Positions 17,617-26,242 of a stretch of 63,561 nucleotides of DNA are shown here, in pieces; position 1 is the stretch's first letter, and each line of letters opens with the position of its first letter. A program made the translations under genes and the position numbers. The notes under the pieces are model-generated. The model saw only the letters and a program-made list of their open reading frames with translations, did no database searches and was not told the DNA's origin. This DNA comes from a virus. Lineage: Duplodnaviria; Caudoviricetes. Where the stretch lies: positions 1 to 63,561 of the IMG/VR virus record IMGVR_UViG_3300044801_000216, one strand, 5' to 3'.

Positions 17617-18939
17617 TTACTTGCCCTTCTTGACTGGCTTCTTCGTTGCGGGCTTCGGCGCGGTCTTCTTCGCCGCCGGTGCGACGGTCTTCTTCGCCGC
17701 TTTGGCAATCTTGGACTTCGGCCGCTTGGCCGCGGCTTCTTCGACCAGTAGGGCTATCTGGTTCCAGTGCTCGATCACTTCTTGGTCCAGCGCGTCGCCT
17801 CTCCACCACTGGTCGCCCAAGGTCGAGATGAAGTTCCGCATCACATCCGGGTAAGAAGCTCCGCGCAGTACTTCGAGCAGTTTGCGCAGCTCGGCCGGCG
17901 TCTTCTGAAGCGGCCTGTCGGCCTTCAGAGCCTTGGCTTCCTTGGCGGCCTGGCGGATGTGCTTCTTCTCGACTTTGACGGGTACGGCCGCTCCGGCTGC
18001 CTTGTCCGTCCCGGTCGCCCCAGCCGCTTTGGCCGCTTTGGCCGCTTTCTCGGCTGCGATGCGCTCTTTGTGCTTCCTGCGCTGTTCGTCGAACACACCC
18101 TTGGGCGTCTTGACGGCCGGTTTGCCCCTTTTTACCGGCGCGGACGCCTCTTCCTTGCCACCGTCCTGCAATTCCTGGACCGCTGGCGCGTCCGTTTCGA
18201 CTTCCGGCGTGGGTAGGACCGGCTCGGGTGCAATTGAAGCCTTCTGAGCGGCACGGACGCGCTCCTCTTCGGCAATCTTCTGCGCCCCGGACACGACTAC
18301 ACCCGCTTTGGACGGTTCGACGTGCGTCAAGGCAAAGAACGCCGCGTCGGCGCGCATGCCGCCACTGGCGACTTGGGTCAGCAAATCGTCGTAGACCGCT
18401 TGCTCCATCGCTTCGGGCTTGTGCAGCAGTTTGTCGTGCTCGCTCACTTGCGCCCGCGACACCCCCAGGTACAGAGCTACCTCGCGCGTTCCTTCCCAGC
18501 CATGCGACGCGCGCAGGTCTTGACACAGCTTAGCGAGTTGCAGCGCGGTATACCCGCGGCGCTTCAGATTGGCATGAATGGCCAGCCTGAGTGCGTCTTC
18601 GGGCGAACCGGACGCGCCGACGGCGCAAAGAAGCTGGAACGGCTCCTTGGCGTCGATCCGCCTGGCGGCCTTCAGGCGCCGTCCGCCGTCGATCAGATAA
18701 TACGCGCCGTCGGCGCGCTGTTCGACTACGCAGGGCACGATCTGGCCGTTGGACTGAAGCGACTTGGCCAGCGCGCCGATGCTGTCGTCCTCGTCGGGCG
18801 GCAGCGGCTCGGGACGGCTCTTGGCCACCAGCGGATCGACGACGATCTGATTGGGGCGCAGGAAGACCAGGCGCGGACCAGTAGTGGGTTCACTTGGATG
18901 CGCGCTGTTTTCGTTCACGACTGTTTCGACTCTTGCCAT
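17617..18939 (-). CDS. parB: ParB/Srx-domain protein with HTH and K/A/P-rich histone-like tail
   Basis: LAKSL...GQIVP..V...YLIDGGRRL.A, ANLKR and REVA.YLGVSRAQVS. Confidence 0.85.
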   Translation of the reverse strand: MARVETVVNENSAHPSEPTTGPRLVFLRPNQIVVDPLVAKSRPEPLPPDEDDSIGALAKSLQSNGQIVPCVVEQRADGAYYLIDGGRRLKAARRIDAKEPFQLLCAVGASGSPEDALRLAIHANLKRRGYTALQLAKLCQDLRASHGWEGTREVALYLGVSRAQVSEHDKLLHKPEAMEQAVYDDLLTQVASGGMRADAAFFALTHVEPSKAGVVVSGAQKIAEEERVRAAQKASIAPEPVLPTPEVETDAPAVQELQDGGKEEASAPVKRGKPAVKTPKGVFDEQRRKHKERIAAEKAAKAAKAAGATGTDKAAGAAVPVKVEKKHIRQAAKEAKALKADRPLQKTPAELRKLLEVLRGASYPDVMRNFISTLGDQWWRGDALDQEVIEHWNQIALLVEEAAAKRPKSKIAKAAKKTVAPAAKKTAPKPATKKPVKKGK

Positions 18940-19228
18940 GGAAGGATTCCTCGTCGGGCGGTAAAGTATTCGTCTTTGGCTTTGGCTGGTACAAACCGTT
19001 GACCTGGTCCAGCGTCCAGCCCATCAGCTTGGCGACCTTCTGCGCCACGCCCATGGACGGCCTGCTGTGGCCGTTCAGGATGCGGCCAGCATATGTGGAG
19101 CTGATGCCGATGGACTTGCCGATGCGCCGCAGATCCACGTCCGGATAAGACGCGCAGCGCCGTCCCCGCGTGCCTGGGGCGCGCTGGGGGACCGGATTGG
19201 ACGGTTGCAACTGTCTGGCCTTGGCCAT
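18890..19228 (-). CDS. XRE-family HTH transcriptional regulator
   Basis: LRRIGKSIGISSTYAGRILNG.SRPS...AQKVA. Confidence 0.75.
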   Translation of the reverse strand: MAKARQLQPSNPVPQRAPGTRGRRCASYPDVDLRRIGKSIGISSTYAGRILNGHSRPSMGVAQKVAKLMGWTLDQVNGLYQPKPKTNTLPPDEESFHGKSRNSRERKQRASK

Positions 19229-19236
19229 GCAGAACA

Positions 19237-19265
19237 ACCGTATCATATCGTGCAGTGGAAGTCAA
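19237..19265 (-). promoter_or_regulatory. Leftward promoter, probably giving a near-leaderless HTH mRNA
   Basis: TTGACT-N17-TACGGT, 8 nt before the ATG; no SD. Confidence 0.5.
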
Positions 19266-19283
19266 CAATCAAAATGCGGAGCC

Positions 19284-19296
19284 TGTAGAGTCTACA
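19284..19296. promoter_or_regulatory. 13-bp palindrome TGTAGAGTCTACA (one of 5 perfect and 3 near-perfect copies)
   Basis: Also at 5316, 20730, 41989, 51368; one-mismatch copies at 10098, 32068, 47287. Confidence 0.8.
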
Positions 19297-19417
19297 TGGA
19301 TCGCAAAACTTGGAAAGAGGCGGGGTGTCCGCCGGGCATACCGCGATGTCCGGCGGGCGCCCCGCTCAAGGAGGCGAACGACAGATGCAGAGGTGAGCAT
19401 GTTGCGAGCACGAGATC

Positions 19418-19446
19418 ATGGTAGCGCAGGAGCGAGTGGAAGTCAA
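19418..19446 (-). promoter_or_regulatory. Second leftward promoter
   Basis: TTGACT-N17-TACCAT; shares TTGACTTCCACT with the 19265 promoter. Confidence 0.55.
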
Positions 19447-19493
19447 TAATGGCGTGGGGTCTTGAGTATTGTATCAAAAGTGGAAAATGTTAG

Positions 19494-19570
19494 AGTTGTG
19501 CTTTCCGCGTAGAACTAAGAGGATTAGAATCCCCCCTAAATCTCTTTAGTTCTACGCGGAAAGCACAACT
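19494..19570. repeat. 25-bp perfect inverted repeat with a 27-nt spacer
   Basis: AGTTGTGCTTTCCGCGTAGAACTAA (19494-19518) / TTAGTTCTACGCGGAAAGCACAACT (19546-19570). Confidence 0.95.
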
Positions 19571-19604
19571 TTCTCTTTTGCCAGTTTTATGTTATAGTCA
19601 CGGT

Positions 19605-20717
19605 ATGAATCACCACATATCGTCTATCTTCATGCCAGGACAGAAGTTAGAAGGCACGATGCTGACCGTGATCGGTCCCACTGGTACTACCTGGAGGATG
19701 ATTCGCTGTCGTTGCGACTGCGGAAACGAGTTCGTCGCCACCTATGGGGCGCTCTTTTATGGCAAGTATTCGTGCGGCTGTAGACGCCGCAACGGCTCGA
19801 TGTTTCATTCGGGCGAGCGCGTTCTGGACAGTATGCTGACCGTGATCGGCCCCTTCGCAGGTTCCTGGTCGCATATCCAATGCTTGTGCGACTGCGGCAA
19901 AGAGGTGGTGATACGCTACCAAAACCTGCGCACCGGACAGTACTCCTGCGGTTGCCAGCGGCGTTTGCGAGAGTGTGTGTTCAAACCGGGCGAGCGTTTG
20001 CCCGACACGATGCTGACCGTAATCGGACCGGAATACTCGAACTCCTGGTCGTATGTGCGGTGCTTGTGCGACTGCGGCGCGGAGATTGTAGTCAGCTATC
20101 AGCGCTTGCGGTCCGGCAAGTTCTCGTGCGGTTGCAAACGCAAACTGCGTCCCGACATGGCCGACCATACGGGATGGACGACTGCCACAGTCTACGGCAA
20201 CGACGGACGCGGCCGTAAGCTGACCATCTTGTATTTCGATCCGGAAAGCCAGCAGTGGGTCTACTTGTGCCACTGCTGCGCCGAGGTGTTCCAATTGCCG
20301 CGGGGAGCGCGCAGGGGTGTACAGGACACGCTGCACGAACTGGCCGGCGCTATCTGTCCCAACTTCTTAGGCGAGTTTGTGCCGGCCTTCTACGCGAACG
20401 ACCGTCTCAGCTTCACATCCGGGGGCAGCCGTATGGTGGGCGCCGAATGCCTGGCGCGCAAACTGGAAGCGCGCGGTTTGAACAAGTTCGTCAAGCGCGA
20501 CTACAAAGGCGCTCTGGAAGGCTTCTATGTGCCGTCCGACGGCAGTTTCCCACAGATCAGAATCGAAGTCTCGGAGATGAAAGCGATGGTCGAGCGCGAG
20601 CCCGAGCTGCTCAAGCTGGGACTCGCCAAACCACCCGAGCCACAACCGGTCAAGCAAGTCATCGACGAAGACGCGGAAGGCTTCGCGGAACTCGACAAGA
20701 CCGGCGCGGAAGACTGA
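19605..20717 (+). CDS. Protein with three tandem C.CDCG...SCGC Zn-binding repeats (homing-endonuclease-associated type)
   Basis: Three units of about 58 aa, MLTVIGP...C.CDCG...Y..L..G..SCGC; extended -10 TGnTATAGT 6 nt before ATG 19605. Confidence 0.75.
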   Translation: MNHHISSIFMPGQKLEGTMLTVIGPTGTTWRMIRCRCDCGNEFVATYGALFYGKYSCGCRRRNGSMFHSGERVLDSMLTVIGPFAGSWSHIQCLCDCGKEVVIRYQNLRTGQYSCGCQRRLRECVFKPGERLPDTMLTVIGPEYSNSWSYVRCLCDCGAEIVVSYQRLRSGKFSCGCKRKLRPDMADHTGWTTATVYGNDGRGRKLTILYFDPESQQWVYLCHCCAEVFQLPRGARRGVQDTLHELAGAICPNFLGEFVPAFYANDRLSFTSGGSRMVGAECLARKLEARGLNKFVKRDYKGALEGFYVPSDGSFPQIRIEVSEMKAMVEREPELLKLGLAKPPEPQPVKQVIDEDAEGFAELDKTGAED

Positions 20718-20744
20718 TCCGTTCCCGTTTGTAGAGTCTACAAG

Positions 20745-21044
20745 CTAAAGTTTGACGCCTTCTTCGGTACGCTCCATGCGGACGCCTACCGACACGCCGA
20801 GCGAAAATGCGTGCAGGAACAAGCTTTTGGAAAACTCGTGCGGCAGCGGTTTCCTGCCGTGCTGCACCAGGAACCCCGTCACGATAGCCATGGCCATCGC
20901 ATCCGCCATGTCCAAGATGCCCGGCACCGCGTCTACGTCTTTGGCGAATTCCTGCTGGGTGGCCGTGAGCCGGTCAACGTCGTCCGGCGCCGGATTGCCC
21001 TCGAATACCACGAAGTTCTGCATCGCTTCCTGAAGCGTCATCAT
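20745..21044 (-). CDS. Hypothetical protein, 99 aa
   Basis: Overlaps the recombinase stop codon. Confidence 0.65.
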   Translation of the reverse strand: MMTLQEAMQNFVVFEGNPAPDDVDRLTATQQEFAKDVDAVPGILDMADAMAMAIVTGFLVQHGRKPLPHEFSKSLFLHAFSLGVSVGVRMERTEEGVKL

Positions 21045-22024
21045 CTGGGTTCGTCTCCTCTGCCGTTCTCCAAGTCCATATAATCTCCTGCGTTGGCTTC
21101 TTCGCCGGTCCTGGTGTAGATCTCGGTCGTCTTCAGACTCGCATGTCCCAGGCTGTGCTGGATGGTTTCCAGCGGAGCGCCGCCTAAGCGCGACAGTTTG
21201 GCGTAGGTGCGTCTGAGATCGTGAGGTCTAAGTCGTGGTACGCCGATCGTTGTGCCGTAGCGTTTGACGATGTCTCTGACCGCCGCGGCCGACAGAGACC
21301 CGTTGATTGTGCCGCCGCGATCGACCGACCGCAGCAGGTAACCGTCGATAATCCCCGCCGCTTTGTGCCAGGCTTCGATGGTCTTCTGAGCCCACTGAGG
21401 CACCGCGATGCTTCGGATACGTCCGCCTTTGCCGACCAGGTTGACCAGCAGCATGTGGCCGGCCCTGTATTCGATCTGCTGGATTGTGCAGCCGCACGCT
21501 TCGGAACGGCGCAGGCCGCAGCCTAACAGCAGCGCCAGGACAGCGCGGTCGCGCCGTCCGATCGTGGTTGTGCCGCTGGGCGCCAGCAGCAGTTGTATGC
21601 ATTGCGCCTTGTCGAGCCACAAGCCGGTTCTGACGCCCGAGATCCGTTTGGCCTTGATTGCGCCTATGCGGACCGCCGCGTCGTGTTCGATCCAGCCGAG
21701 TTCTCCGGCTTCGATGGCGAGCTTCTTTAGCGCCGCCAAGGCTTGATTGCGCACTTGGGGGCTCGATTGTGCCACTTCCAAGCTGCGCAGCCAGGCTTTG
21801 ACGCTCTCGCGGTCCAGCGCCGTTGCGCCCGTTGTGCCGCCGGACCAGGCCAGCCAGGCTTTGATGCGCTGGTGGTAGACCCGGCGCGAACAGTCGGAGA
21901 GTCCCGATAGCGCCGCTGCGATGCAGCGGTCGGCCAGGGACGGAGATTGAGATTGTGCCGGCGCTTGTGCCGGCGCGCGTATTAGAGTTTGCGTGCTCAT
22001 GGTTGTGCTCATGGTTGTGCTCAT
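21041..22024 (-). CDS. Tyrosine recombinase/integrase (Xer-like)
   Basis: GLRRSE, GKGG, PHDLRR, LGH and TEIY form a full catalytic set; start lies in a 12-bp MSTT tandem repeat. Confidence 0.92.
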   Translation of the reverse strand: MSTTMSTTMSTQTLIRAPAQAPAQSQSPSLADRCIAAALSGLSDCSRRVYHQRIKAWLAWSGGTTGATALDRESVKAWLRSLEVAQSSPQVRNQALAALKKLAIEAGELGWIEHDAAVRIGAIKAKRISGVRTGLWLDKAQCIQLLLAPSGTTTIGRRDRAVLALLLGCGLRRSEACGCTIQQIEYRAGHMLLVNLVGKGGRIRSIAVPQWAQKTIEAWHKAAGIIDGYLLRSVDRGGTINGSLSAAAVRDIVKRYGTTIGVPRLRPHDLRRTYAKLSRLGGAPLETIQHSLGHASLKTTEIYTRTGEEANAGDYMDLENGRGDEPR

Positions 22025-22164
22025 AGGTTTCTCGTCAGATAGATCAGCGCGCATACGGCCAACATCAGCAGAGCGCAAGCCAGCATCCAATGCGCCAGTT
22101 GCATGTCCGGCTTGCGCTCGATTGGTTCGAGCGGCTGTGTAGTGCGACGTTGTTGGGAGCCCAC
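22021..22164 (-). CDS. 47-aa single-TM protein (not in ORF track)
   Basis: MGSQQRR...LAHWMLACALLMLAVCALIYLTRNL; ATGA overlap with the integrase start. Confidence 0.55.
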   Translation of the reverse strand: MGSQQRRTTQPLEPIERKPDMQLAHWMLACALLMLAVCALIYLTRNL

Positions 22165-22167
22165 GGG

Positions 22168-22452
22168 TTACTGCTCCTCGCCCGTGCGGGCTTGGACTAC
22201 TTCTGCGGTGTAGTGCATGTGGGCCACGCGGTCGAGTTCGGCAAACTGCGACTTCCATCCGTCGCACCAGTGCCGAATGTCCGCGAGCAGGTCGATCACG
22301 GCTTGTTCGCCGTCGCCGTGCGTGCTCGGGTAGCCGATCAGTTTCGTTATGCGCTCGGCGCGCACTTCGTTTTCTGTTCTGTAGGCCAGCCGCCGTTTGG
22401 CGAGGGCCCGGTCTTCTTTCGTTCGCTTCTGTGCCTTCTGTGCTTGTGCCAT
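22168..22452 (-). CDS. Hypothetical protein, 94 aa
   Basis: SD GGAGG; DLLADIRHWCD motif. Confidence 0.75.
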   Translation of the reverse strand: MAQAQKAQKRTKEDRALAKRRLAYRTENEVRAERITKLIGYPSTHGDGEQAVIDLLADIRHWCDGWKSQFAELDRVAHMHYTAEVVQARTGEEQ

Positions 22453-22539
22453 CGTTCGATCCTCCCGCCTGAAGGTCCGGGTGTCTGTCCGGGCCTTCGG
22501 GTGGAAGGCCAGCGCCCACGCTGGCCGGTAAATACCTGA

Positions 22540-22923
22540 TTATCCCAATGCATTCGGGATAGCCACCTCCTCCGCTCCGAGTTGATGCACCCAGCGGCAT
22601 GGCGCATCTGGCGCAAGCGCGCGGAACAGATGGACCCGGATACCCTTTGCGCCTCGGACGATCTCTCCGAGGTAGCGGGTGCTTTCGGGTGTCCACTCAC
22701 GGAATAGGTACGTGACGCCAGAAGTCTTGAGCCTCGCGGTCAGATGGCGATGTGTGGTGCGATAGAGCGGCTGGCTGGCCGCTCGGGTGACTACCTGGGC
22801 GGGTAGCTCGATCCAGCCGCGGAAAACGAGTTCGTCCGCGTGATGGGCGCGGGCATTAGCGTTGGTTTGCCGCGCCACGGCGGGAGCGGCGAAGAGGGAC
22901 TGCATTAGGTCTCGTCTTGTCAT
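22540..22923 (-). CDS. Hypothetical protein with twin-arginine-like N-terminus
   Basis: MTRRDLMQSLFAAPAVA; SD AAGGAG. Confidence 0.7.
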   Translation of the reverse strand: MTRRDLMQSLFAAPAVARQTNANARAHHADELVFRGWIELPAQVVTRAASQPLYRTTHRHLTARLKTSGVTYLFREWTPESTRYLGEIVRGAKGIRVHLFRALAPDAPCRWVHQLGAEEVAIPNALG

Positions 22924-23216
22924 GCGATCTCCTTGTTCCGCCGATACCCCCGGCGGCGTTTCAGTTTCGATGGCCGCAACCCGTGCGGCGTCTTGACCGG
23001 GCCACTCACTATGCGGTCCCAGGCCTCGCGCCGCAATCGGCGTAAACGATACGATATCAACTCCTCGCGCGCATCGGCGGTAAGTGCTGGGTACTCGATC
23101 TCAGTGAGTGCCGCTTCCTGCTGGCAGTCTTCGGGGAGCGCCAGCCATAACCAGCGGTGGATGTGGCCGTACCGGGCGGCCAGCGGAGCCAATCGGATTG
23201 TGGATTGCGGCAGCAT
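22920..23216 (-). CDS. Hypothetical basic protein, 98 aa
   Basis: ATGA-coupled to the next gene. Confidence 0.65.
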   Translation of the reverse strand: MLPQSTIRLAPLAARYGHIHRWLWLALPEDCQQEAALTEIEYPALTADAREELISYRLRRLRREAWDRIVSGPVKTPHGLRPSKLKRRRGYRRNKEIA

Positions 23217-23294
23217 AATTAATTCCTATTGTGGACGCGGGGCCGGGTGAAAGGGCCAGCGCCCATGCTGGCCGTGATACTTGGCCGGGCTTGC

Positions 23295-23498
23295 TTAACC
23301 CTCATCGACGATTGCGAGGCCAGTCTTGGCGGCGATACGCCTGGCTCTCGCTATCGCGTCCGCGTAGTGGTCATAGATAGCGATGGTTTCGGGAGCATCC
23401 ACGTGATTGATGCCTCGACTGACAATGTAGGGCCGGTCTGGATCGGTTTCGTCAATCCATACCTGTATGGTCTCTTGTTCGTCCATCTCATCCTCCAC
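23295..23498 (-). CDS. Hypothetical protein, about 62-67 aa
   Basis: GGAGG SD; flanked by repeated intergenic elements. Confidence 0.65.
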   Translation of the reverse strand: MEDEMDEQETIQVWIDETDPDRPYIVSRGINHVDAPETIAIYDHYADAIARARRIAAKTGLAIVDEG

Positions 23499-23585
23499 CT
23501 GGCCTCGCCTCCGCTCGGACGCGGGGCCGGGTGGGCCGGGGTGCCAGACCCCGGCTATGCTCTCAACAGCTGGAGCGTCAAACCG

Positions 23586-24443
23586 TCAAACGTACACGTA
23601 CACGTTGTTTCTTGTGCGCACTTCGTCGTCCGCCTTGTCCACCTCCGATCCTTTGCCCGGCTTGAACTTCTCCCGCTGCCCGCTCAGCAGCTCCAGTTCC
23701 CGCCAGAATTCCACGTCCGCTTTGGCCGTTTCGAGTTCCGCCAGCAGAGCCGCGCCTTGCGGCTCCGAGTGCTTGAACGGTTCTGGCTTCGTTCCATAGT
23801 GGCCGTCCGCGTATCGGTCCACGATGGCTTTGTAGTAGTTGTCTTCACGCGCTTTCAGTTCGCTCAAGCGCACCACGCGCCGCCCGACGAGTTTGTCCAG
23901 CTCGGCGTAGATCTCCGTCTTGATTGGGTAGAAGCGGTTCATCGGCTGCCCTTTGCGCATCGCCATGACCCGCGCGAGTCCGCGTCCGAACCGCCGCTGC
24001 CGTTCGCGTTTCTCTTGGTCGTACACGCGCCACCACGCGGACCCGTAGCGGTCGCCGAAGTAGTACTCGTAGGACTTCGAGAATCGCGTGAGATGGTTGC
24101 AAAAGATACCTCGCGCGTGCTGGACGCTCTCTTCGGCTTTGTGCCGTCCGCGCGTGCATTGCTCCAGAGTCAGCGGGCTATCCGGTATGGCGACCTTGGG
24201 AACGAGCGTTGTGCGCGCCTTGTGCTTAACTGGCGTCCCCCAAGCCGTCACCGTGGCCGTATAAAACGAATCCGATCCGGCCACGGGTGCGAGTTCCAGC
24301 CGGTACTGTAGGCCGTCGCGGGCCAGCGATTTGCATGTCGCAATGAGCGCGTGCCAACGGTCGCGGGGCGTGTGCCGTAACACGATTGTGGTTGTGCGGT
24401 CTATCTCGTCCGCGTCGATTTTGATTGAGTAACGTCCTTGCAT
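23586..24443 (-). CDS. Hypothetical early protein, 285 aa
   Basis: ATG 24443 after GAGG. Confidence 0.65.
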   Translation of the reverse strand: MQGRYSIKIDADEIDRTTTIVLRHTPRDRWHALIATCKSLARDGLQYRLELAPVAGSDSFYTATVTAWGTPVKHKARTTLVPKVAIPDSPLTLEQCTRGRHKAEESVQHARGIFCNHLTRFSKSYEYYFGDRYGSAWWRVYDQEKRERQRRFGRGLARVMAMRKGQPMNRFYPIKTEIYAELDKLVGRRVVRLSELKAREDNYYKAIVDRYADGHYGTKPEPFKHSEPQGAALLAELETAKADVEFWRELELLSGQREKFKPGKGSEVDKADDEVRTRNNVYVYV

Positions 24444-24658
24444 TGTGCCCTCGCGTAGACTGCCGTGTACACCGTGCGCTTGATTACCAGTCGCATGGGC
24501 CAGCCGCAACATGTAAAAACGTGCTCCGGCGGCAGAGCGAAATAATCGCCCCGATGGGCGCTGTCCTCGGCGCCGCAGTGTTCGCAGAACAGTATCGGGT
24601 GCGGAACGTTAGACCTGGTTTGGTCTTTCAGGTCTCTTACGTGTACTAGTTTTTGCAT
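24401..24658 (-). CDS. Small Zn-ribbon protein
   Basis: CEHC...CCG.PM.L; SD AAGGAGG. Confidence 0.7.
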   Translation of the reverse strand: MQKLVHVRDLKDQTRSNVPHPILFCEHCGAEDSAHRGDYFALPPEHVFTCCGWPMRLVIKRTVYTAVYARAQCKDVTQSKSTRTR

Positions 24659-24694
24659 TGTGCCTCCTTGCCTCCTCGCTTCCGTTCTAACCGT

Positions 24695-24732
24695 TCGCCC
24701 GCATGGCACTCTAACAAGTGCCATGCGGGCGA
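24695..24732. other. 16-bp perfect intergenic hairpin
   Basis: TCGCCCGCATGGCACT-6 nt-AGTGCCATGCGGGCGA. Confidence 0.8.
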
Positions 24733-24736
24733 TGGG

Positions 24737-25030
24737 TTAGAAGTCTGCCATATGTGTCACCTCCGATCCGTCTGCGCGTTCGCACAGCAGGATGCTGATT
24801 TGGCGCTCTTGCTTGGGCTTCACAGACACGTTTCGGCCAGCGGAAGCATCGCGGTATTTCTGCCGATAGATTTCTTCTGCCTGCCGCTTGGTGCTCGCTT
24901 CGACTACTGCAAAATGGGACTTGCGACGTTCAGACGGCCCAGATCGCCCCATCCCACGGAACGGCATCCATGTGTAGCATGACCATTGTTTCATCAGTAC
25001 CTTCCCTAGCGGGTTACGTTTCGTATTCAT
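24737..25030 (-). CDS. Hypothetical early protein, 97 aa
   Basis: SD GAGGAG. Confidence 0.65.
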   Translation of the reverse strand: MNTKRNPLGKVLMKQWSCYTWMPFRGMGRSGPSERRKSHFAVVEASTKRQAEEIYRQKYRDASAGRNVSVKPKQERQISILLCERADGSEVTHMADF

Positions 25031-25062
25031 AATCTCCTCTCCTCTCCTCTCGGCGCTTCCGG

Positions 25063-25578
25063 TTAGAACGGCTCCCCGCACGTTACCTCGGCAATGAACG
25101 CGTGGGAGTCTTTGTACTTCGATTCAAACGTATAACTCAGCATAGCTACTCCCGACTGAGTTATATTGCGATATTCCGGCGCGCCCCACAAATCGAATAC
25201 GTATTTTACACATTGCACCCGGCGTGGCAGTGGACTCTCGGCGCAAACGTGTATGGTGGCCACGTCTACCAGGCTTCCGTCCGGTCGCTCAAATAGCTGT
25301 GAGCTCGTGAAACCTCGATAGCGCCGTCCGGCGATCTGAACGGACCCTTCCAAACAGTATCCCGACTCACGAAGTGCGCTCAGGGTCCGTGTGCCATAGA
25401 CGTAACCGTGGAATCCTGCCGCCAATGCCCGATAGGACACCGGAATCCGACACATGCACGTAGTCTTGAGACTTCCCCGGACTTCGTCTACTCCGTCTGG
25501 AACGTTCCAGACATTGTTAGGCGGGAGTTTCCACGCGGATGATGCCGTATCCGCGACCACGTATTTCGTGCGCTTCAT
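25063..25578 (-). CDS. Hypothetical early protein, 171 aa
   Basis: SD AGGAG. Confidence 0.65.
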   Translation of the reverse strand: MKRTKYVVADTASSAWKLPPNNVWNVPDGVDEVRGSLKTTCMCRIPVSYRALAAGFHGYVYGTRTLSALRESGYCLEGSVQIAGRRYRGFTSSQLFERPDGSLVDVATIHVCAESPLPRRVQCVKYVFDLWGAPEYRNITQSGVAMLSYTFESKYKDSHAFIAEVTCGEPF

Positions 25579-25633
25579 ATTCTCTCCTATCAACCTTTCC
25601 GGTAAGCTCACATTCGCGTGTGAGCTTGGCGCG

Positions 25634-26191
25634 TTAGACAACACTCCAGATCGCGCGCAGCGTCCGGCACGTCTTCACGTACAAGGTGACGTTGCCATGG
25701 TCGTTCACAACGGCCGCCTCGCCACGGAACCAAGCGGGAATTTCGGCCAGGTCCGCGACCTTGAGTTTGTCGCCGAAGTCTACGGCGCAGCCGTGCTGAG
25801 TCGCTATGGTGTCCAGTGTGCGAAACTCTTCGTCCCAGCCTTCCGATAGCCAGAAGCCATAGTCCGCGCCATCGCCGGGGTGAGAGCCGAAGTAGAAGTA
25901 TGGACCCGCATACTCGCCGAGTGCATCGACCAAGGCGTCAAGATCCCAGTCCGAATCTTCGGACGCCAAGTAATCGTCGTGCAGCGTGCTATTCGTGGCA
26001 TGGCTGTGTTTGTCGATCTCGCGTACCAGCTTGAGGTGATCGCGGCGCCGCTTGCCCGATACGATACCGGGCCGCTTTGCCAAGCTCTCCAGCTCGGATG
26101 CAAACGTGGGGATAAGATCCTCGGGCCGCATGGTTCCGCTCGAAACCGATCCCATAGGATAGTGGATGCGCTGTTTTTGGTAGCGTGCCAT
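25634..26191 (-). CDS. Hypothetical early protein, 185 aa (first gene of the early operon)
   Basis: SD AGGAGG; YFGSHPGDGADYGFW motif. Confidence 0.8.
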   Translation of the reverse strand: MARYQKQRIHYPMGSVSSGTMRPEDLIPTFASELESLAKRPGIVSGKRRRDHLKLVREIDKHSHATNSTLHDDYLASEDSDWDLDALVDALGEYAGPYFYFGSHPGDGADYGFWLSEGWDEEFRTLDTIATQHGCAVDFGDKLKVADLAEIPAWFRGEAAVVNDHGNVTLYVKTCRTLRAIWSVV

Positions 26192-26212
26192 TTGTGTTTC
26201 CTCCTAGCATCC

Positions 26213-26242
26213 ATCTTAGACGCCCCCGGTATGTAATGTCAA
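26213..26242 (-). promoter_or_regulatory. Early promoter
   Basis: TTGACA-N18-TAAGAT upstream of SD AGGAGG. Confidence 0.7.

Noticed and set aside
22025-22696. Long N-terminal extension of the recombinase in the ORF track
   Set aside because: The region holds two better genes and intergenic hairpins; the ATGA-coupled start at 22024 fits better
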